Program-made: the position numbers and the translations under genes | In this document: positions 11,465 through 20,568 of the stretch, piece by piece | How the letters are laid out: each line of letters starts with the position of its first letter | Position numbering within the stretch: position 1 is the first letter of the stretch | Notes under the pieces: model-generated | The model's input: only the letters and a program-made list of their open reading frames with translations | Database searches by the model: none | What the model was told of the DNA's origin: nothing | NCBI GenBank assembly: GCA_965644295.1 | Contig: CBFFRP010000623.1 | Location: forward strand, 1 to 31,595 | DNA: 31,595 nucleotides | Direction: 5' to 3' | Origin: Paraphysomonas bandaiensis | Lineage: Eukaryota > Protista > Chrysophyceae

Positions 11465-11591
11465 TTGGCATTGGACAGTTATTCGGCTGGATAAATATTG
11501 AATTCGATATGATTCATTAAGTACGGGTTGGCATTGGACAGTTATTCGGCTGGATAAATATTTGAATTCGATATGATTCATTAAGTACGGG
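11465..11591. repeat. Two-copy tandem repeat, 63/64 bp
   Basis: TTGGCATTGGACAG...TTAAGTACGGG at 11465-11527 and 11528-11591, differing by one extra T. Confidence 0.95.
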
Positions 11592-12438
11592 TTCAGTTGA
11601 AACTCCATACGTAGATAACTGAACACAGTTTTGACTCGTAATATATATTTATGGTCTATAGATCTTAAGCCTACATGCTTTTCCGAGGTCGGTCTGAAGA
11701 CTGAAGGTGTGTACCCACCCGCTGTGAGCCTCCTTCACAATATTTTCGCATAAATTAATCTTGATTGTCATTTTAGTTGTTACATGTTGTAACTTCACCT
11801 GGTATATTGTTACTATTGCATGTCCCAGTATAAGAAAAATGAGAGCATGCAGAACCAGAACACAAATCAACTCATAAATAGCCATTCATATTCTACAAGC
11901 TCTCTAGAAGCACAAAATGATATCTAGATCACTTGGTCAATTGTGTGGAGAAATTAGTATATATAAGGTATGGAAGTAAATGAAGTTGCTTAGTTGATCT
12001 CAGGTTCTTTCTATCTGTAGCTAGAGAAGAATCAATTACAACACAGTGTATGGTGCACTTATATGTGTTTAGTGTATGATGTATACAATCAATAATGATG
12101 ATGGTTTAAGGGCGTACGATGTAAGTGGTGCACACTTATAGCAGTAATGTAATCTGAGTGACTTGATAAGCATGATAAATAATAGTATAACATAATGAAT
12201 GCGAATTTATGTGATAGAATGCTTGTAAAAAAAGAAGCATATATAAGTAGTAATAGTAGCATATATTCACAGTATATTACAAGCGACGGGTCTCAGTTGA
12301 CCTGGCGCAGCCCACAAGGGTATAGTTCGCTCCCAACCACAGCTAGCAGTAACATAGTAATCACCAGAGAGCTAGCTACACCATCACACCTCAGCCTCCT
12401 CTTAAAATATTTCCAGCCACCACTGATTGAACGCCTTT

Positions 12439-13248
12439 ATTCATTCCGGATGCTTGACTTCAGCAGGCAGCCCGAAATCCCGGATTATCCTTGGGGCGGG
12501 CTATTCCTGGATGCCTGTTGTATTCGTTAAAAGGTCAAAGACTTTTCTACACAAGTGACACTTATTCGTGTCGCATGCATCATACAAGCACTCAGCTATG
12601 AATGGGTAGATAAGTATTTACTCTCTGTATATGAGGCTCTTTGTTTCCGAGAAACAAGTTAGTATCACTGGTACTTATCCCGAAAAGCACAAAACAATCC
12701 CAGGCCGACTTGGTTTATAGGGACCCTTGTGGGAGGCGTATCAGTGAGTATAATACAAGGAATAAATTTATGAAATTAAAAAAGATCTGTAACGATATAT
12801 TATATTAACTTCAGAAATCATTAACGTAAAATCTCCTTGATTTTCCCACAATATATTCCCTTGTTCGCAATACTATGATGACTTATATCACGGGCTACAT
12901 TATCATACACTTAGTAATATACTTAATAAATATATACCTGATGATACTCTCAACAAAGTCGCACTCGCACCTTTTTCGTGGTGTTCTGGGGGATAAGTAC
13001 CGGAGATATTTTTCTGGGAAACAAACGTGAGCCGAATAATGTATATAATAGTCAGCAGATGTTGTTCTGCCATTCATAGTCTAATGCTTGTTTGGCGCAA
13101 CAAAGAACACAAATGAGTGTCACATGTGTGGACGTTTTTGGACCGTGACGAATAAACAAGGAATGGGTCCACCTCAAGGGCATCCGGGAATGATCCACCA
13201 AAAGGGAATCAGGGGTTTGGGGCTGCCTGCTAAGCATCTGGGATGAGT
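12439..13248 (+). repeat. ~810-bp degenerate inverted repeat / long fold-back (candidate hairpin ncRNA or old foldback element)
   Basis: Nested colinear complementary blocks: 12462-12473/13220-13231, 12555-12562/13116-13123, 12596-12605/13070-13079, 12670-12681/12990-13001 and an inner stem 12755-12786/12831-12864. Confidence 0.85.
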
Positions 13249-13958
13249 TCACCTCAAGTACTCAGAAACCCTAAAGTAGAAAATGTCAACCATTGAGTGA
13301 TTGGTAGCGAGGATGGTTCCTTGATGCTGGCGGCCGCGAACAAATAGTTCTCGTAGCGCTAAATAGTAGAATATTATCATTGGTATTTATTAGATTATTT
13401 CAATTTAATTGCTCCACCGCTTACACGTGTACTGATAACAATTGATGTTTTATAAAGCTTTAAGGAATATATCCAAATTCGTTGCAATGTTTAGTTTCAT
13501 ATATTATAACTGTAATCCAACCAATTAATAACTTACAATTACAAGTAGATACGGTCTTAATATATTCATTATATTTTAGGACATCTAGAATATGTTTAAC
13601 ATTCTTCATATATTTCATTGAAACAATGGTAGCTTGTGTATTGTCGACTTGTGTGTAATTCGTAATCAGAAACGCCTAAATCACCACAAATTCAACTTTA
13701 TGTTAAACACAACAATGTGATATTCGCCCAATACGCTATTTCGTTGAAGATATTGTGTAAGTAATACTGAGATAACATAAAACAGGGCAAAATAATATAT
13801 ATTAAATAATACAATACAGCATATAGTTCCCTAGCCGTGAAAGAGACTTACTTCCAATTATCTGAAAGAAATAAAATATAGAAACCAATATTTAATTACT
13901 GAATCACACGCCCAAGATAACAAAATATGGAAAACTCATTTATTGGACATCATTCACG

Positions 13959-16900
13959 TCACAGTTCGTCGTCATTGTTAGAGCGCACAGTATGGAGGGA
14001 ACTAATGCTTCGAGATTCTGCACTTGAAGGTACAACACCACTATAAGACGAACTAATTGGAGCGGCTGAAAAGCGTCTGTCTATGCCGCTGTGACCTATA
14101 TCAGCGTTTTTCATCGACGGCGACCCTTCGATTCCTTCAAGATTATATAAGTACGGGGTTGAGGACTTCATTTTTGGGTTAAAATCGCTGTCCCGAACGT
14201 GTAGACCATCAAAAACCTCCACAACACAACGTCTCATAAAACGGTCACCATATAGATTCGGCTGAATTGCCGACAGGCCATCACCATCCTCCCATTTGAA
14301 ATAAATCTTAAAAAATCTCTCCAACTTCTTTTGCCAATTCCAGTGCTGCAGCACATCAATGATTCCCATATAATAAGTTCCTGGTCCTTCTACCACTGCA
14401 GCATGCATACCCCCATCTGAATCACGTTGAAATGCATCAGTGGAATCACCACTTCCTGGTCCCGGGTTAAATCTTTCCATAACTTCAAATTTTCTCCTTA
14501 CAACACCCACAAGCAGAGAGTAGTCCATAAGTCCTAAACCTAAAAAGTATGTTATACTCGTACATATTTTTTGAATTACATACCACTTAAAAATGCGCTA
14601 TCTCTTAATATTTGATCATGCAATGCATTCGCTACATCTGGGTGCAGCGTAATTTTGTGCTGTAAATCGTTATCTTTATATAAGGGAACAGACTTGTATT
14701 TCAATTTTCGTCGACGCTGTGAGTCTTCGCCATGTCGATTAACCCAAGAACCTTTTAAATCGTACCGTTCCGAAAGTTCGGCCTTGGAAAAAACGTTCAA
14801 CATAACAACGAAGTACAGCACACGATTATATAATGTTAAGCTATGAGCCCCGAGAAATCGAACAATCAATGAATTTGGGTTGGCAATTAAATAGCTCACA
14901 TAATCTTTCATTATATCCAATAGAGCCTGATTTTCTCCCTTTGTCGTAGTCTTGACGATATACTTTTGGTCAGACGAAAAATATAGGAATGCACCAGACC
15001 GGCCCTCAGAAAACTTTTCTTTCGTAGTTTTTTTAAATGATTCCTCGTATGCAACAGGATCAATGCCACATGTTTGTCGCACCTGGGCAAACAAGTGAGG
15101 TAAATAGTCCTTAAATATGAAATCATTAGGAACATTAACAGAATGCACAAAAGCACCCTTCGCATGTGTAGCAGCTGTCAGTAAATTTCTTTTGATGCGA
15201 TCTCTGGCACTATTAGTTTCACTCTGCCCACCTACTGGCAGTGTAGAGTTCGTGCCATGCACTTGTGGTGGTGTTGTCTTTTCAACATCTCCCATATGCT
15301 TCCAATCGCCAGCTTTCACGTTAAGTGATTTATCAATGACCAATCGGAATTCATTCTCAGATAGGCGTCCTAGGTCAGTACTTGCTGCACTTTGACGAGA
15401 TGTGGTTTCTGTTCCACTGCTGAATCGCTCACCCTTCGAGTAAGAATCTTCCCATACAGGGTTTTCAACATCTTGCAGGTCGTCATCCCTTTGTCCATCA
15501 CGAGTGCTCCTGTCATCATTAGAACGACATCCTATGCTTTTCGATCCACTATCCCAGCAGTTCTCAAACTGACTATCATCGACCCCAAGAGTGTCCAATG
15601 CTTCATCTAGTTCGTCTGCCAAGTCATTGACTGATATACTCTCACGCTGCAGAGGAAAAAGTCATATGTTATTTCCATCTAACCAAACATGGCTATATTC
15701 CACCTGCATATCATGAACTTGATTTAGAGTGGTAATGGAATCCGTAAAAGGAAGTGAGTTTGAGTGCTGTGCCACGGAACCAACAACACTGAAAGTGCAA
15801 ATTAAAATACTACGATAAGCTAATGTCAGAACCTGCTCCTGGTTATATCATTACACATAAATGTCTTTACATTTTCACTGCGGCTGATGTCACCAGTCAA
15901 CGACGTGTCCTAGTAAAAATCAGAAACTTCAAAGGGCTCTAACGAACACCTACCACGATCCCAACAGGCCTGCTGACATCAGACTTGCTGTCCAGCTGCC
16001 CATCCGAAGAGCCTGTACATCTATATGCATCGTTTGAACTCTCACCATCACCAGTATCATTGGGTTCAGTCGGATGAGATGATATTCCTCTCTGTTTATC
16101 ACTTTGTATCCGAATGCCTGTAGGTCTGATGCCGTTATGGCCTTCTCGGGAAGCAAACCTAATACCCTACCTGCAGTTCACTGGAAAGCTGCAATATACA
16201 ATAAGGGCATACCTGAGTAGTAAAGAAAATTATTTCTGCGCGCAGAACAGAGTTCAGATGTGGTCGCAGCGACAAATCTTCCTCAACAACATTTTGAACA
16301 AGACCATCTGCAACATTTACAGTTTTGGCATCCAAAAAAGCTTTCATTTCTGTCCAATTTGGCGAGAGTAGAATAACAATTGAAAATAACCCTCTAATTG
16401 ATAAGCATAAGGCTGTCAGAGTTCGTAAGGTATGGTGCATCTTGCTTTGCAGAACAAAATCGATGAAGCTAAACACGAGGGGAAATAACCAGAAAAACGT
16501 ATAACCCAAAACATAAGACTGTGCTCGACGGACTGTCGATAACCTAGCAGTCAGAGTTTCAGATAAACCCTGTTTCAGTCGCCGAAACACAAATAGCACA
16601 ACGTAAAGACAGTAAGAATATATTATAGCCATCCAGATATAAAATAGAAAAGACTTTGCAACGTTATACTTGACTGCTGTCTTATCATCGTCATCTTGGC
16701 TGTCAGATCCATCGTTGTCCTGTAGAAATTTTAGCTATGGAAAGTACATTGTTGTTTGAATAACCTGGATCCAGCATGTTGCATCAGAACTCAGACCATA
16801 AACTTTGGGTCCGGCAGCAATAAGAATGGAAGCCGTCCCAATGCTTCCCATCAACACGAAAACTTCATACCTCTTCGCGTTCAGCTTATATGATGTGAAA

Positions 16901-17392
16901 GGGTTTGTGGTAGCAAAGTGAAGATCCATCGTCAGTACCAAAAACCAAAGCTCTCCTCCAATAAGAGCAAACTGTGTCCAAAAGGAAAAAAAACCAGCCC
17001 AATGAGAAGCCCTACAATCGTCTTCGTCGCTCCAGAAGAAACTATCGGGGACAAATGGTATCCACAGATACTGAGAAACAAAAAGCATTTCATACAAACA
17101 TTTCTTTACTCCAAGAGCTACATCATATCGGGTCAGTGACATTGCAAACAAGAGTTAATATGAAGCTTACATGTGGGGTGTCTCTTCAATGTCGGCACTT
17201 TTTTAATATAATAGAGGTAGAATATAATAAGATAAGAGACTATTGAGATGGATGCGCCGATTGGTAATAAAATGTCTAAACAGAACATTATCGCACTTAA
17301 TAATAAGCGGACAACATACCATCCTTATAAACCGCATTCGTATCGTTCCTATGGCACGATCCCTCTCCATCAGACAGCGCACGAACATTCAT
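13959..17392 (-). CDS. GPCR-PIPK: 7TM receptor-like domain fused to a phosphatidylinositol phosphate kinase; multi-exon
   Basis: Likely ATG at 17392 (in-frame stop upstream). TM segments LLPIGASISIVSYLIIFYLYY..LKRHP, FWTQFALIGGELWFLVLTMDL, YGLSSDATCWI and YVLGYTFFWLFPLVF. Spliced linker LRAEIIFFTTQ|GI. Kinase motifs FKDYLPHLF, SEGRSGAFLYFSSDQKYIVKT, YDLKGS, MDYSLLVGV and GIIDVLQ...KKLE. Confidence 0.92.
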
Positions 17393-17918
17393 TTGACTGG
17401 CTATTTGAGAGCTTTACACACTATACTCCCTGTATGGCTCCTGCTGCTAATTTAACAGCTACTTCATTTTTATATACTGATATAGTGTCAATTAAACATA
17501 AATGAAGTCGAAAGGCCGCATCTGTACCCTGAGGCTCTCCATAACCAGAGTAGGGTGCACACAACAGAGATCTAAAAAAACAAGCGAATCTTCCGCACTC
17601 ACCATTTTATACACACCCGCTGGAATCATACTCCACAACAGCGACGTGCAACACCATAACCGGAGAGCAGTGCGGCTTTCTACAAAAATAGTTGCGTAGG
17701 GTGTGCACAATGGACCAAAATTTCGCGCACAGACGACAAAAATAGAATACCGGTATACTGAATTCTATTAATAAATTGGTCAAAAATGGCTTTTTTGGTG
17801 GTTTGTTACTCTAAAATGAGGAGTAGTTTTTTTTAATGGCTGTGAAATCCAGAAATCATCGACTTCTTTATTCTTTTTTAAAGAGCAGCAGTGTTGACAG
17901 ATTTTATGGACTGCGAAT

Positions 17919-19271
17919 ATGAGTTCGAATAAGGTCTCTGCGCCTATTGATAGGAGTGCGTGTTATTTGTACTCTGAGGACGAGAATGAAAGAAGTGTGA
18001 GTGACAGTTGCTCTCGTGTGCCCAGCTATCTGCTGGAAGGACTGCTAGCGGGACAATACTACCTTCCTCCTGAGCATATATTAAAGCATCAGAGTGGGTG
18101 GGGAAGACGAGTCCGATATGACAGATTAGTTGAATTGGACTGTAAATGGCAAGCAGTGGAATCGAAACACAGCAAGAGACTTACAGACGCAAAAGACTTG
18201 ACTGCGCCCTTCAAATCTGTTGAGTACATAAGTGTTGATCGAACTTTCAGATGTAAATATTCTCAAGAAGATTACTGTGGTACGTTTCGCGTCTATCGTT
18301 TGCGACTGAAGGAGCATATATATCGGAGTTGGACGAAGGATTTGGTCAATGATGCACTCTGTGATTCCAAATCATCTGAAAATAACATTAATGTCAGCAA
18401 TGCAGGAGGATTTCACTCACAACCTAATTTTTTTCAAAAGAACACAGAAATAACGAAGGAGATTTCTTATGCTGTTACTGCAGGTCTACAGGTTGTTGAG
18501 CATCATGATTGTGCTATTTGTATTGCTAATCAATTGGACGATGCTGCACCTCGTATCAATTCCAAGGGAATCACTCCGGATAACTGCTTCTCCTACTGTG
18601 ACACCAGGAACTTCGAGGAAACCTACTCAGCAGAAGCGTGGCTAAACGTGTCTACTCACGGTAGTTGGAATCGTCTACACACTCACGAGGGTGCGGCCTG
18701 GTCTGGTGTTTACTATGTGCACTCCGACCCTTCAGCTGCTTGTCCCACAAGACCCTACAGTGGAGACCTTCTCCTAAAACCGTCACCACACACAACTGAA
18801 CAAACTTATGAATTATCTTCTTATGAGTTCGTACGGCTCAATGCTAGAAAGGCAAGGAATGCGTCGCCTATGAAAAGTGGAACTCTTGATATTCCGGATA
18901 ATGAGCACGCCCACAATGTGTCTGATTGTATACCAGTTGTGAAGAAATATGTATCTGAAAAAACTCAACCATGTACTGGATGGAATACATTACCATTTTC
19001 AGATGCGTGCAGTACCGAGAGTGATGATGAAGTAGAGGAATTCCCGAGATCTCGACCAAATGTACAAACCGAAACCGACGACTCAGCAATTGATCCTTCC
19101 CGAGTGTGCGAATATATCAGACTCTCGGCTGAAGAAGGGACACTCCTCTTTTTTCCAAGTTATCTGCATCATGCAGTTGTACCTCTTGCTATTCAGAAAG
19201 ATCTAAGAGATAGTGTCAGGGGTGCTAGAATTTCTTTGGCGTTTAATTTTAACGAGCAAGTCAATGTTTAA
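17919..19271 (+). CDS. Putative 2OG-Fe(II) oxygenase (2OG-FeII_Oxy_5 / TIGR02466-like), intronless
   Basis: GGFHSQ, AWLNV..HGSWNRLHTH...WSGVYYV, GTLLFFPSYLHHAVVP and RISLAFN in a single 450-aa ORF. Confidence 0.85.
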   Translation: MSSNKVSAPIDRSACYLYSEDENERSVSDSCSRVPSYLLEGLLAGQYYLPPEHILKHQSGWGRRVRYDRLVELDCKWQAVESKHSKRLTDAKDLTAPFKSVEYISVDRTFRCKYSQEDYCGTFRVYRLRLKEHIYRSWTKDLVNDALCDSKSSENNINVSNAGGFHSQPNFFQKNTEITKEISYAVTAGLQVVEHHDCAICIANQLDDAAPRINSKGITPDNCFSYCDTRNFEETYSAEAWLNVSTHGSWNRLHTHEGAAWSGVYYVHSDPSAACPTRPYSGDLLLKPSPHTTEQTYELSSYEFVRLNARKARNASPMKSGTLDIPDNEHAHNVSDCIPVVKKYVSEKTQPCTGWNTLPFSDACSTESDDEVEEFPRSRPNVQTETDDSAIDPSRVCEYIRLSAEEGTLLFFPSYLHHAVVPLAIQKDLRDSVRGARISLAFNFNEQVNV

Positions 19272-20568
19272 CATATGATTCATCACAACCTAGTATTTTA
19301 TATCGCAGCGACATCAAGGAAACTATATGTTAGTGCAGGATAAGATACTTAATGTGTAACACATGATTCGTCGCTGTAAATCACTTGTATATCGTAGCTG
19401 TATTGAGGAACGTCAGACATATCGTAAACAAACTATATCATGCTGTTTATGTCGACAAGAGAAGCACTGCTCAACATATAATTCACACAGACTAATTAAG
19501 AATTATAATAACTACAAAATCTTGCTCATCACAACATCAAAGCGACTTCAACATATTTTTTGACTTAAACATTCGTACGTTTTGTTGAATGTTGTTTATC
19601 TGTAAGCAATTAAAAGCTGTAGCTTGAGGTTTTTTGAAATATGTCGTCTTTTAATCGCCCAATACCGTAGTTGAAAACAGTATTACACGAATAAATTAGT
19701 ATGATAAGAATTATGTCAGTGAAATTGAAATAAACTGTCTGTATAGATCTGATAATATTGATTTGTCCGAAATTAACATCGCAGATTGTTTAACTTAATT
19801 AACTGAACTGTAAACTTAACTCAATAATCAATTACTAACGTATTTCGTTGTCATCATTCATTAATTCACTAAATTGATAGCCATACACTGCTACCAATCA
19901 ATATTATCATATCTTAGATAGTTGATAGTTACGACTTCGATATGAATGAACTTAATCCAAGCATCAGAAGGCAGAAGATGCTTTCTAGTCTTGTTATATG
20001 TCTACAACACAGGGGGTAAGATATACAGGATACCCTTTAAAGATAACATTATACAGGAATGTTTCCAGTGCAACACAAAGAACGATAAGAGTTGTTAATC
20101 ACAATTTCAATTAAGAGACTGTTGAGTAAATTTTCAGTTCAGTTGATTTTGTCTTTGTCTTTCAGGTGAATTTGTACCGGGCGCATAACTTTAAAAACAA
20201 TGTGTTCACACCCCTACCGAGTTATGAAAGTGGATAGAATGCACCCTTCGATGAAATCATCACAACATTTATCAATTAATAATCACAATAATCACAAAGT
20301 CCTGGTAGTGGACAGCCGAAAGCTATCGAAGTATAGTAGAATACAAGAGAATTCGTTTAATTTAATTCATTACCAACTTCAACCTAACAGAATCATCAAC
20401 CTCTAATATCATCACATGCTACTCAAAAGCAAAGCATACATAACTGTGGCAATACGTGACTGGAATGGTCGACTCTGTGCGAGTGTTCTCTAGTACCAAC
20501 CAACTTACGGGGTAACTAACACTAATCAAATCTAACAATATAATATTTACATCATACTTATTATATAT

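Noticed and set aside
12938-12944. CTGATGA hammerhead ribozyme core inside the fold-back (retrozyme idea)
   Set aside because: No stem II closed by GAAA follows, and the segment instead pairs with ~12738-12753. An Infernal search would be needed to exclude other ribozymes.
11649-13252. Short ORFs (60-111 aa) in the GT/GPCR-PIPK intergenic region
   Set aside because: No recognisable domains, inconsistent strands, and several overlap the inverted-repeat arms.
13959-13973. C-terminal DDEL (ER-retention-like) on the GPCR-PIPK
   Set aside because: The kinase tail should be cytosolic, where KDEL-type signals do not act; likely coincidental.
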